Source: Azolla caroliniana (Eukaryota; Plantae; Polypodiophyta). Taken from it: a stretch of DNA of 64,000 nucleotides. The position numbers and the translations under genes were made by a program. Where the stretch lies: the NCBI GenBank assembly GCA_043228905.1, contig JBHGNT010000007.1:17484001-17548000 (forward strand). Reading direction: 5' to 3'. How positions within the stretch are numbered: position 1 is the first letter of the stretch; every line of letters begins with the position of its first letter. This document shows positions 10,741-22,758 of this stretch, in pieces. The notes beneath the pieces are model-generated. The model saw nothing but the letters and a program-made list of their open reading frames with translations, was not told the origin of the DNA and made no database searches.

Positions 10741-13398
10741 TTACCAGTAATCTCCACATGAGCAAACACCATTCCTGATATGATGAATATGATTAGCATC
10801 CCTTATTGTAATTGCTCGATTTGTTAGTTTGGATATATATTTTAAGGTAAAATGGCAATCCCCACATATTTTAAGGTTTTTTGTTACAAAAAGAGGGGTT
10901 CCCAAAGGTGTGCTAAGAAGACCATAGGCAACCGCCAACTTCTCACTATGATAACAAGAACATGGTTCCTCCTTGTACCATTCTTGCATCATTATGTGGT
11001 CGTTAGTTGCAACTCCATCCATTTTTCCTTCAAGTTTTTGCAATTCAGCATAGATCTCTTTTCTTTGATGGTGCACCTGATCATCAGTTAAAAATTTGTG
11101 AACTTTACCCTTCACCTCAATATAGCTATATCCCAATCGTGTTCTCAAACCTTTTCTCCTCATTCTATCCATAACCTTTTCAGCATCATGGACTCTACCT
11201 GCAGCTGAATATATGTTTGAAAGCATAACGTAAGGAGCTGGATTAGCTGGATCTAGTTCAAACACATATTCAGCAATGACCTCCCCTCTCTTCACATCTA
11301 CTTTATATCGGCATCCACCCAGAAAGGCCATAAATGGTGCTATTGTAGGTTGCATTGGGATAGCTCGAAGATACTTTTCGGCTTCATCTAAATATCCAGT
11401 TCTTCCGAAGAGATCAATCATACACACATAATGATCTAGCACTGGAGATATACCATAATCTTGTTGCATTGATTTGAAGTATTTATGACCTTCTTCAAGA
11501 AGACCACAATGACAACAAGCTGCCAGAACACTCACAAACGTAGACTTATCTGGCATTACCAACTTCTCCTTCATTTCACAAAAGAGTACAAGAGCTCGCT
11601 TTCCATGGCCTTGCATGGAGTAAATAGAAAGCATTGCATTCCATGTAATAGAAGTTCGTGTAGGCATTTTATCAAACAATTCCCGAGCTTTCTCCACATT
11701 CCCACACTTACCATACATATTGACTAATGCAGTTCCTATGATTACATCTGATTCTAGACCGCTATCAATAATTCGCCTTTGAATATGCTTGCCCTCTGTT
11801 ATAGCTGCCTGGCTAGCACATGCATCAAGTATACTCACATATGTCACTTTATCTGGCAACAGTCCTCCTTGCTGCATTTGTTCGACAAGCATAAGTACCT
11901 CTTTCGATCCTTCTTCATGATGAGCGTAAATAGCTATGATGGCACTCCACAGAACCACATCTGGTTCGAGAAACGTATCGAAGATTTGCCTCGCATCTTT
12001 CAGCCTATCACATTTCCCATACATATTCACAAGGGCAGTTCCTAACGAGAAATCCAACCCAATAGTGAATTTCTCTTGTATATGAGCGTGAAGACGCTTA
12101 CCTTCTGAAAGAAAGGCTCTATTGTTGCAAGATGCAAGGATAGTAACAAAGGTAACTTTGTTCGGTGTCACTTTAACATCCAACATTTTGTCATATAATT
12201 GAAGAGCCTTTGCCCCTTGGCCATGATAGTTATAGGCTGCCATCATGGCATTCCAAGAGACCACATTTCGCTCAGGCATTAGATCGAATAGTTCACGTGC
12301 ATTTTCAGGATTATCACAAGAAATACCGTACATAGTTATGAGAGCATTGCAAACTACAATATTCATTTCGGGGCCATTCTTCAACACACAAGCATGTATT
12401 TGCTTGCCACGCATTAAAGATGTGGATGCATCAAGAAAAGTAATGAAAGAAATATTATCGGGTAGTACTCCTTCATAAAGCATTTTTTGAAATAGTTCAA
12501 CCCTCTCCTGTTCAGACCGATGTTTGCACACTGAAAGCATGGTATTGAAAGAGACTACATTTCGTTGATGAATCCGAATGAAGACCGAAAAAGCATTATC
12601 GAAAGCATCACATTTCCCATACATATGTACAAGGGCAGTGTCCACAGCCACATCAACTATTTCGATACTCTCTACAATAAGATGATGGATTAGCATGCCA
12701 CATGTAGAGACATCTTCGTTCACACAAGCATTAAGAATGCTAACAAAAGTTACGGAATCCGGCATAATGTCATCATTCAATAGCATTCTAGCGAAGAGCT
12801 CAAAGGCTTCTAGGCCTTTTCCAAGTTGTGCATATAAGGTAATGATGGCATTCCAAGCAACCACATCATGTGAAGGCATGTGATTAAAGACCATACGAGC
12901 ATAGTCTATGCTTTCACATCTACCATACATATTCAGGATGGCTGTCCCAACCACAACATCAGACAGGAATTCGCTATCCAAAACCCGAACATGTACCCTT
13001 CGGCCTTCCTCTGAGCATTTCATCTTTGCACATATAGGAAAGATACAGACAAAGGTAACCTTTGATGGAAAGACCCCTTCTATCACCATTTGTGTATAAA
13101 CCTGAAGCGCTGTGTCATAATGGGCTAGCCTCGATTGCAATGAAATGATAGAATTCCACAGAGCAGGGTCTTGGCGATGATTTAAGGAATAGAACAAATC
13201 CATACATTTGTGGGCACATCCACACTTGTGGTAAAGCTGTATTAGGAGCTTACATAGAACAGGATCTTGATCAAGCCTTCTTTGTTTGGAGAGGAGGGAA
13301 TGGAGATGTTCACCTTGAATCAGGTCCCTCTCATCGATACATCGGCGCAGGAGAGATGGAAGGGAGCTCAGCTGTTGGGAACCAGTCTGCCTGAGCAT
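10741..13398 (-). CDS. PLS-class pentatricopeptide repeat protein with E/DYW domain (organellar C-to-U RNA-editing factor)
   Basis: Uninterrupted 885-aa ORF with repeated GTALVNMYGKCG/VVSWNAM PPR motifs, E domain (PYVMLSNIYSAAG), deaminase motif HSEKLA...CGDCH and terminal CSCGDYW. Confidence 0.97.
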   Translation of the reverse strand: MLRQTGSQQLSSLPSLLRRCIDERDLIQGEHLHSLLSKQRRLDQDPVLCKLLIQLYHKCGCAHKCMDLFYSLNHRQDPALWNSIISLQSRLAHYDTALQVYTQMVIEGVFPSKVTFVCIFPICAKMKCSEEGRRVHVRVLDSEFLSDVVVGTAILNMYGRCESIDYARMVFNHMPSHDVVAWNAIITLYAQLGKGLEAFELFARMLLNDDIMPDSVTFVSILNACVNEDVSTCGMLIHHLIVESIEIVDVAVDTALVHMYGKCDAFDNAFSVFIRIHQRNVVSFNTMLSVCKHRSEQERVELFQKMLYEGVLPDNISFITFLDASTSLMRGKQIHACVLKNGPEMNIVVCNALITMYGISCDNPENARELFDLMPERNVVSWNAMMAAYNYHGQGAKALQLYDKMLDVKVTPNKVTFVTILASCNNRAFLSEGKRLHAHIQEKFTIGLDFSLGTALVNMYGKCDRLKDARQIFDTFLEPDVVLWSAIIAIYAHHEEGSKEVLMLVEQMQQGGLLPDKVTYVSILDACASQAAITEGKHIQRRIIDSGLESDVIIGTALVNMYGKCGNVEKARELFDKMPTRTSITWNAMLSIYSMQGHGKRALVLFCEMKEKLVMPDKSTFVSVLAACCHCGLLEEGHKYFKSMQQDYGISPVLDHYVCMIDLFGRTGYLDEAEKYLRAIPMQPTIAPFMAFLGGCRYKVDVKRGEVIAEYVFELDPANPAPYVMLSNIYSAAGRVHDAEKVMDRMRRKGLRTRLGYSYIEVKGKVHKFLTDDQVHHQRKEIYAELQKLEGKMDGVATNDHIMMQEWYKEEPCSCYHSEKLAVAYGLLSTPLGTPLFVTKNLKICGDCHFTLKYISKLTNRAITIRDANHIHHIRNGVCSCGDYW

Positions 13399-13442
13399 GC
13401 TTTTTTAAGGTTTAAAGCTTAATTAAGCATTAGCTATGGGCC

Positions 13443-14863
13443 TATAGATTGACATATTCGCATTCGTGGGGATTCTAAACGAATGCATACGAATAACAAT
13501 ACGAATGCATTTAAAAGCATTCGCAAGAAATAACATTTATAAATTCTTTCCTTTTTAGTTTCCTACATATAAAAAAGGGGACTTCCCAGGGTACATGACA
13601 CTAATCAATTTTTATAATAAATGTAAAAGTATTTATTTATTTTTAATAAATAAATAAAATAACATAAAGGTTCATTCGTCAACTTTTTATTCTCTCAAAT
13701 TTTATGGATATTTTTATCTAACATTAAAAATGGAACTTCACACTACTTATATTTCTATAATAAATATAAAAATATTTGTTTCTTTAAAATAATAATAAAA
13801 TAAAATGAAGGTTAATAAAATCTCCCCTTTTCAATTTTACACTATCAAAAAGATTTAATACTAATCATATGTATAGATTGACACATTCACATTCGTGGGG
13901 GTTACCAAACGAATGGATAAGAATACGCATAAGAATGCATGAAAAAATATTCTTAAAAATAAATAAATAAATTCATACTTTTTAGTTTCTTGCATATAAC
14001 AAAGAAGACTTTGACAATAAAAAGGGGACATTTAACTTCACATTAAAAAGGTTACTTACACTAATAATATTTTTATATAATAGATGTAAAACTTAAAAGT
14101 ATTTGTTTTATTTTTAATAAATAATAAATAAAATGTTCATTAATTCCCCATTTTTACTCTCCTAAAAAATTTGAAATTTTTATCTGTTATTAAAAAGGGG
14201 ACCTCACACTAGTAATATTTTTATAATAGATATAAAACTTAAATGTATTTACTTTATTTTTTAATAAACAAAAAATAAATAAAAATATGTAAATAAATAA
14301 AAGGTTCCCACAAAATTTCATACTTTTATCTAACATTAAAAAGGGGACCTCATACTAATAATATTTTTATAATAGATGTAAAACTTAAAAATATTTGTTT
14401 TATTTTTAATAAAACAATAAATAATAAATAAAAGGTTCATTAATTCCCCACTTTTTACTCTCGGACCAAATTTGATATTTTTATCTGACATTAAAAAGGG
14501 GACCTCACACTAATAATATTATTATATAATAGATGTAAAAATATGTATTTGTTTTCTTATAATAAATAAATAAACAAATGGTTTTGTAATATTCTTGGGG
14601 TCATTTTTGTATTCTCGAATATTACAGATGTCAAATACCACGAATATCATGCATGGGTCTATCTATGAGATTCATATGTTTATAATTTATTAATGAACGA
14701 TTGTTCTTTTCGTAGTGAATTATTTATTTTTATTTATTTTTATTTATTTTTATTTTGCAAAACAAATGGTTTTCTAATATTCTTGGGGCCATTTCATATT
14801 CTCGAATATTGCAAATATAACGCATGGAGAATATCACAGATGTCACGCATGTGTCGATCTATG
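13443..14863. mobile_element. AT-rich non-autonomous TIR element(s) (MITE), probably two nested copies
   Basis: Left ends TATAGATTGACA at 13443 and 13872. Right ends ...TCTATCTATG (~14667) and TGTCGATCTATG (14863). Internal subrepeats AAAAAGGGGACCTCACACTAATAATATT. Confidence 0.6.
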
Positions 14864-14895
14864 GCTATGACTATGGTGTTGCAAGGGCTCTACCT

Positions 14896-15239
14896 CATAG
14901 TTGTTAAAAAAACGCATATTCTACGTTTAGAGTACGTTTTAGAATACTCTGAAGTATTCTACACGTATTCTACATTTTAGAACTGCCATTTTTTAAAATT
15001 TGATGTATTCTACTTATTCTAAAAATTTGACGTATTCTACATATTTAACAAGTATTTATCATTTCAAAAAATATTTTCTTTTTTTAAAAAAAAAAAACTT
15101 TAAATTTTCAGAAGTATTTAACGTATTATACACATGTTCTAAGTATTCTACACGTATTCTAAGTATTTAAAAAAATAAAGTTAGAATACTTAGAATATGT
15201 ATTGTACGCGTATTTTATGCTAAGTATTTTACAACAATG
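14896..15239. mobile_element. hAT-like MITE
   Basis: TIRs CATAGTTGTTAAAA ... TTTTACAACAATG. Internal CGTATTCTA subrepeats. Degenerate 8-bp flanks ctctacct/gtctagca. Confidence 0.55.
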
Positions 15240-15271
15240 GTCTAGCATCGGACACTATGTGATTCATGTAA

Positions 15272-15830
15272 TCAGCAATAGTTTGGTTCGATTCGAGAAT
15301 GTCAAAACCAAACAGGTTTAAAACTGAAGAGTTTAAAATTTTTGAAACTTGAGCCAATCCGGACCGGACCACAAAACCATTTAAACTGAAATCGTTTAAA
15401 ACAAACCATTACAAAAAATCCAAATCATTAAACCATTAAAATTGTAGTTTCATGGTTCAATTTCGGTTTTTAGGTCGAAATTCAAATTTTCAATTAAAAA
15501 AATGAAGAGGTTGTTTAAAAAAAATATTTAAAAAATACTTAATTGGCAACCCTAAACCATGAAGCAAATTTTATTCAAACATTCTTGTGTTTTTTTTTTG
15601 TAATTTTCCCCTTTTTAAGTTTTTTTTTTTCCTTTTTTTAGGTTTATTTACCTCATAATAAATAGTTAATCCAAAAGAATGGTATTTACCATTCTTTGAG
15701 GGTGTTTACCATACTCGGATGATTGCAACATTCACGAATGCGAATGCACGTATGGTTCATACTATGCATGAATTCATTAAGTCGTGGTTTTGTGGTTCGG
15801 TTCAGTTCGGTTCAAACTAAACCGTTGCTA
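15272..15830. mobile_element. MITE with GGTTC/AACC subterminal repeats, carrying a segment shared with 36380-36592
   Basis: Ends CAGCAATAGTTTGGTTCG and CAAACTAAACCGTTGCTA are near-inverted. 15560-15767 aligns by eye with 36380-36592. Confidence 0.5.
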
Positions 15831-16619
15831 ATTGTTAAATAGCTTTAGGACATCCGAAGCAAAAAAAGGCCTCTATTTTTTTTACGAAAAGGAGACGATC
15901 TCGACTTGGAAAATGTTGTGATTCATGTTAGTTTACAACAGATGCCATCGTCCCAAACTACATAAGTGTTATGTGGTCAAGATTTTTGAGCCTATCGAAC
16001 AACGGGAGCGGCAAAAAAGGGCTACTAATACTAAAGTCCCATATTTGTGACATCCTTGGCTTGACACAAAAATCTAGTGAGGACTCCAACTTAATTATTG
16101 ATCCCATGAGGGAGAGGAAGTGAAGGGTTCCACCACGTCCTTCTAGAAGTGGTTGTCCCTTCATAGAACGCCCTACAAAGCTTTCCATAGTAGCTCTTCT
16201 TAAGGTTTGGGGAAAAGTGTGATGAAACACGTGACATTCACTTGGCACAAAAAGTGTGATGACAGTCAATGACCGAACGCCTTAAGAAGATTTCCATAAT
16301 AGCTCTTCTTAAGGTTCAACAAAGAGGGTGATAAAATGTTGAATATGATGATATGTGACCTTGTCAAGTTCTCTCTCTTCATGGTTAAGATTTCGTGACT
16401 TCTCTGGGATTGTTAATTGCCACAAAAGAAGTCTTTTTAACTTTATAACATATTTTCTCACCCCAACTTGCAAATCAAAGTGATAGGATCACCTCCACCC
16501 AGACACGTTTATGTGGTTAGGTAATACAAATACATCATTCCCCTTTCGCCCACACCCAAAAAAATCCATAGTAATAGACTACAAAAAAATTTCTGGAAAC
16601 CGCTTAATGACACCCTTTG

Positions 16620-18640
16620 AATAGAAAGTACAACTCACAATTTATCTAAACAACCCCTCACAATAAATGAAACACAATTGCAAGGCTTAAGACTCAAATA
16701 CATTCCACCATCCTCTCTGCCTTCCACTAATACCATCCTTAAAGATTTTGCTAGTTTAAGTAGATCTTTACATTTAAAACATTTATTTAGAGACACGGAC
16801 TCACCCCCCCCTTAATCCATTTAAACTACCAAATCCTAATTGGAATCTACCATCTCAATATCCCCCTCTTGAAAATATTATTAAAAAACATGAAAACTCC
16901 TTTTGTCTAAACTCTAACAACCTAAACCCAAAGTCGTTAGGACTCCACTTCACCTTCGCACATCCCTCAAGAAACTTTGGAATAACGGCCAAATTATCAT
17001 TCTTCGGGCTGATAAAAACATGGGAGTATGTGTTCTAGACAAAGATACCTATTATGAAAAAGCTATAAACCACGTCTCGGATACCACCACCTATAGAAAA
17101 GTAACCCATTTTCCTTTAGAAGAACTCTTATATCATATTAATAGTATAGTTCAAAAAAATCTAGCTACACTTTCCTTTATTGAAGCTAATTACATACTCC
17201 ATAAACCCCTAAAGGGATATCAAGTATCTAATATTTATTTTTTCCCTAAACTCCATAAAACACACATTGGCTTTAGACTCATTTGCTCTAAATTGCTACA
17301 TTTTCAATTTTTACCTATCTTAGTACTCCAAAAACAATACTTGAAAGATTCACACTCCCTCATCCAGAAATTAGAACAATTAACCCCCCCTCCTAATAGT
17401 TTCATCTTCTCTTTTGATGTAGAATCCCTTTATCCTAACATCCCTCCAAAGTTAGGACTAGAAGCACTTCACCATATCATTTTCCCCCATTTCTCCTTAG
17501 CCAAGACTAATCTTATCTATACCCTTAGTCCTCTAAGCCTAGAGTATCACTACCTGACCTTCAATAATCAAGTATACCAACAAATCAAAGGAACAACCAT
17601 GGGTAGCAACTTCTTAGTTGTTTATGCATGCCTTTTCTTATCATACTTAGAAAACTCCCAAACCACACCCCATCTCTTCTATTTTACTAGGTACATAGAT
17701 GATGCCTTCGGGGTTTTGACAGGTACGAAACCCCAACTCTTGGAATACCTCAGTTTCTATAACCTTATGACCAATAACTCTATTAAACTTACGATCCATA
17801 CTTCCCCCACTAGGGTCCTTTCTTAGATATTTGGATCAATTTAGAGAACTCTAAGTTCTCTTTCAATTGTTTCCAAAAACCAATAAAATTCCTATCAATG
17901 TCTTCCCTTCTCTTCAGACCATCCTATTCATGTTAAACAAAATTTTATCTCGAATAAATTAAAACGCTGCCTAGTTAGAGAAAGCACACCTATAGGGTAC
18001 CTAGAAATGAAAAAATGTTTCTTCCTTAGACTCATTAGTCGAGGCTACTCACCTCATTTCATCCTTAAGGCCTTTAAAAAACATATTTTATCCCTTAGGA
18101 ATACCCTCATCCATAAGCATAAAAACAAATCTTCATGTACTCCTACCATATTAAAGCTTAGGTACTCTAAAAACTCCCCTAAATTAGGCATCCACTTGTT
18201 TTTACAAGACTTATATGCCGACCTTAGCCTAGATCCCCAACCAAAAGACATCCCTAAGCTTTTTATATGTTGGACTAAGTCCAAATCACTCTATTCCTAT
18301 CTAGTGAGAACTAAATATATTAGATCCCCAAATCCCCATTGAAACATCACACTTATTATTGCTATTTATCTATTAGAACTAAATATAATAGATCCCCAAA
18401 TCATCCCTTCCCATCAAACTCATTAAGCTATCCCTCTCTACATTCACTACCTCCCACATCCTCCTTTACACACATTCAAAACCCCTCTCTCTCATTCATC
18501 TCCACCACTCCCCTTCTCTCTTCTTTCCTCTTCCCCTATATAAAACTCTCACAATTTTGTATATTTTCTTTAGTACTGATGAACTCATATAGAGTGAAAC
18601 ATGTTTGCTAAAAGACCTTTTTCTTACATAATTTGAAATT

Positions 18641-18696
<56 letters not shown>
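16620..18696 (+). mobile_element. Penelope-like retroelement (degenerate RT) with 3' hammerhead ribozyme and (TC)n tract
   Basis: PLE motifs HNLSKQPLT..LKYIP, ADKNMGVCVLD, YFFPKLHK, FDVESLYPNIP, YQQIKGTTMGS, RYIDDAF, FSSDHP and LISRGYS. Contains frameshifts and stops. Confidence 0.88.
18569..18612 (+). ncRNA. Minimal type I hammerhead ribozyme
   Basis: TTTAGTA-CTGATGA-ACTC(ATATA)GAGT-GAAACATGT-T-TGCTAAA. Conserved core, 4-bp stem II, palindromic stem III (ACATGT), 7-bp stem I. Confidence 0.8.
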
Positions 18697-18699
<3 letters not shown>

Positions 18700-19091
18700 C
18701 TCCTCCCCTACTATTCTTTTTTATACTATTCTTTAGGTATCATACTATTTAACCTAACTATTCAACCGTCGAAGGTTATACACCCTCACTCATTGCTTAG
18801 GCCATAAGGCCAACAACTATTTAAGGTTCATTGTTCTCCACATGTGAAAAAACCTAATTAAATGAAGATAATCTTACTTCATTTAAAGACATCCGCACTA
18901 AACCGATACATCTCGAAACTATCTAGCCATTAGGCATGAAAGAAATGGATGCCTACTATGTTCCAATTCCATTGAACAAAAGAAACACATTCCTCTCACA
19001 ATGTTTCTGTTGTTTAATGCATCCCCCAATGGTAAAGCTCTAACCATAACTCTCTCCTAACATAAATCGAGAACATCAACCTACCTTGATC

Positions 19092-21634
19092 TGTAAAGAA
19101 ATGGAGAGTGTAGGTGATCTCGTGCAGCGGAAGGAAACTCTTTGTGTGTGTAAGATAAACAAAGAGAGGGTGTGTGTGAACTTAGAGATAGAGAACAATA
19201 AGTCATATTAGCAAGAAACAATTACAACCAAAAACTACATAAAAAAAAAACTAGGTTACAAATGAATTGGTTTAAATACCAACTAACTTAGGGCAGCTGC
19301 CCTTTCTACTATTTACAAAACTAGCTTGAACCTAGTGTGTCCATTGCCAGTGTGAACCTAGGGGAAGTTGGGTTTGACTCTCAACACGCCCCCATCAAAC
19401 ACAACTTCTGGCTTCCGGAAAGTCATCTTGCTATTTGGCATGTTTTGGCTTTCTTGGTGAAAGCATGTGAATGAATGGAAACACTATTATAGCTACCATG
19501 TAGCTACAATGACCACAACTAAGTAGTTTTTTATAGCTAATTTTCAGTGGGGAAATCTTAAAGATACATATTATTTATTATGGGCATGGAAATATTACCA
19601 TTTATGGTCTATAGTTTAGTTGGTCTTTATTTGAGATCACATTCTAATAATTCTTAAAATTGCCAAAATATACAAATTAAATATAGCTTTTTGCATAGCT
19701 AATTAGTTATGTCAAGGACACAACTAATTGTTCCCATTCCAATGCTTTCATTGAATTCCTCAACTGTGTGTCTGGATGGTCGGTTGGGTCGGCTTTGACT
19801 GGTTGACTAGTATATGTTCTCCTTTGTCCGACTACTTCGTGCTCCTTGTTCAACTACTTCGTGCTCCTTGTTCGACTAGCCCGTCTGTTTGTCTGTTAAG
19901 TTCAGCTTCGTGCTTCGACCCCCTTTGGTCGGTTGTGTTGCTACTTCGACTAATCCTTTGGTCGACTTCAATCAACTCGTCAATTGATATTTGGTTGTTG
20001 CATTGTACTCGTCGGTTGTGTTGTACAACTCCGATGTGAATTGTCTGAGCTTGTCGACCCTTAAGGCTTTTATGAAGATGTTGGCTACCTGAAAGTTTGT
20101 GTTGATGTGTTGTAGGTCCACATCTCTAGTCTAAACGCACTCTCAAATGAAGTGATAGTGCACTTCGATATGCTTTGAGTAGCATGTCTATTCGTTCTTG
20201 TTCGACTAGCATGCATGTTCACCGGTTAAGTTCAGCTTCGCGTTTTGACTCCCCTGGGTTGGTTGTGCTGCTACTTCGACTACTCCTTTGGTTGATTGGT
20301 CGGTTGCTATTCAGTTGTTGTATTGTACTCGTCGGTTGTGTTGTACTCCCCCTCGAGCTTGGCAACATGACTATTGTTAGGCCAAGGTTCAATATGAATT
20401 GCCTGAGCTTGTCGACTCCTACGGCTTTTGTGAAGATGTCGGTTACTTGAAGGTTCGTGTTGATGTGCTAAAAGTCGACATCTCCAGCTTGAATGCGCTC
20501 TCAGATGAAGTGATAGTGCACTTCATTATGCTCCGTGCACACGTGGAACATTGGGTTCCAAGCAAGATGAATACTGCTCATGTTGACGCAATAAAGGGGA
20601 ATCGAATCCTTGATGGGAACGCCAAGATCCTTCAATATTCTCTTAAGCCAAACGGTTTCACATGTTGTGATGCTTATGCCCCTATATTCGGCTTCTATGC
20701 TTGATAGTGCAACTATCGACTGCTTTTTGCTGCTCTAGAAGATAGCTCTGCTACCGAGGGAGAAGACAAATCCCGAGGTCGATCGTCTATCGGCCTTGTA
20801 GGCGGCCTAGTTTGCATTTGTGTACCCTTCAAGTCAAACGATCATTTCCGACTTACATAGGATGTCGTAATCCATTATCCCACTAACGTACTTGAGTACT
20901 CTCTTAGCGTAATCCAAATGAATATTCCGAGATTCCTTCTTGAATTGGCTAAGTAAACCGATCAAATAGTTAAGGTTGGGTCGTGTGATGGTAAGATAGG
21001 TTAAGGTACTGATCAACTGACAATATTGAGACGGCTCACACTCTTCTATCCTAAAGTTGGCATTGAGCTTTAGGTTTCGATCAAGAGGGGTTGACACAAG
21101 TTTGCACTTTGTCATCCTGAACTTGTACAACAAGTTGAGGATGTGGAGCCGTTGGGAGATCATGATCCCGACTGGTGTCTGAATTACTTCTATACCGAGG
21201 AAGTAATGGAGCTCCTACATGTCTTTCATTTCGAATCGATCGGACAGGAAGGATTTGACCTTATTGATGTCGGCTTGATTCTCTCCTCCGATGACTAGAT
21301 CATCCATGAATAGGATGATGACAATCAGACTTTCAGAATCGCTTTTTATGTAGAGGGAGTTGTTCGATTTCGACACTTGGAAGCCAATTTGGTGAAGATA
21401 CTGAGTAATCTTCGAATGCCAAGCACTCAATGCTTGCTTGAGTCCGTACAACGACTTCTTGAGTTGGCAGACTACGGTCGGGTGGTTGGTCGATTCGAAC
21501 CAAGGTGGTTGAATCATGAAAACATCCTCTTCTAATTCGCCTTGAAGAAAGGCATTCTTCACATCCATTTGACGGAGGTGCCATCCTCTAACAACTGCGA
21601 GTGCAATGACTGTCTGAACAGTCGTCATCTTTAT
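19092..21634 (-). mobile_element. Degenerate Copia 3' half (RT, RNaseH, 3' LTR 19092-19386)
   Basis: KMTTV..MDVKNAFLQGEL, SLYGLKQA, FMDDLVI and RNaseH remnants. PPT cgccccc at 19387-19393 next to an LTR with TG..CA ends. Internal ~350-bp duplication (~19880-20540) and a TAGCTA-rich insert (~19470-19745). Confidence 0.85.
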
Positions 21635-22009
21635 CATCTTTTCATCGTCCATATTAACCCAAATATACATGTGAGATTGTACATGAAACCTCTCTTCAAT
21701 CGTGCGTGAGTTATATCCATTCATTTGAATTGGTTCAACAACTTGTCATGTGTATTCAGTGTCTTCAAAGTCATTCAATACTTCCAATTCCTTATCAATT
21801 ATGTCGAAAAGGACCTTCTCAGTTACTTTGTCCCTTTTAGCTGGTAGAATTGCTAGGTATGTACGTCGTTTTATATTGAATCTATGGAATTCTAGCAAGG
21901 TAGCAGGAGACGACTTGGGAAGACATTTGAAGAGGATAGAGACCACTTCATCGGAGAGGAGAGACCCATAAACAAAAACTCTGTGAGCTTCTATTGATGA
22001 AGTGCCCAT
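21635..22009 (-). pseudogene. Intronless AIG2-like / gamma-glutamylcyclotransferase retrocopy, 3'-truncated and fused to Copia RT
   Basis: HRVFVYGSL...PATLLEFHRFNIKRRTY.AILP...KVLFDI...ELEVLNDFEDTEY...YIWVN matches the plant AIG2-like family. One in-frame TGA. Confidence 0.8.
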
Positions 22010-22046
22010 AATTATGAGAAGCTCGTCTTGTGATATCTCAATCCCG

Positions 22047-22102
<56 letters not shown>

Positions 22103-22249
22103 TCAACTTCCTAGAATTGCATGGGAAGCAAGCAAAAAGATCCAAAAGACGCATAAAAGCAAACTTTTGTGTCCAAGTTGGATGTAAGATATAGAAAAAT
22201 GGTTTGGTAGATGGGATGTAAGACACTTGCTTCATGATGCATCACTAGA

Positions 22250-22700
22250 TTCCTTAGTAAATGAGGCCTTTTTGCAATGCCAATGTATCATGACATGGGA
22301 CAAATGTGGAGGCTCACACTTCACACATTATACTACACATGTTGCACCTAACCACAAAACCATATTATTCTCGGAATGGGGAAACCGTACACATTGATAC
22401 ATGTTTGAGCCCATCTCGTTATCTACCATTCAAACCATTGCTTCCATGCGACTTAGCTCACATGCATTGTGATGTGAGACAGGGCATTGGGACAATAGTG
22501 ATGAGAGTGGCCGGCTATGCACACTTTGCCCTAAACAAGTACGAGACTCTAAGTATCACACTTTCATACAATGCTCAGCCTTTGATCCTATTTTACCATG
22601 CTTTCCACATCTCTTCAATCGAGCCCAATCCTTGTACGAATTTCTCTCACAACCACAATGTGCACTCTTGATTGCAACATTCATTGGTAAAGTTCTTGAA
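22250..22700 (+). mobile_element. 3' fragment of an RTEX-like LINE
   Basis: Decayed MRLSSHAL.CETGHW...GRLCTLC...YHTFIQC zinc-finger tail, similar to that at 34540-34680. Confidence 0.55.
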
Positions 22701-22758
22701 CATCAAGAGTCATTATTCACTTTCACACGTATCACGTGAAATGTAATATTTTTGGTCA

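Noticed and set aside
10741-11160. U-to-C (DYW:KP) editing variant
   Set aside because: It has a standard HSEKLA/CGDCH motif, a DYW terminus and a GYSYIEV box. Nothing indicates the KP subtype.
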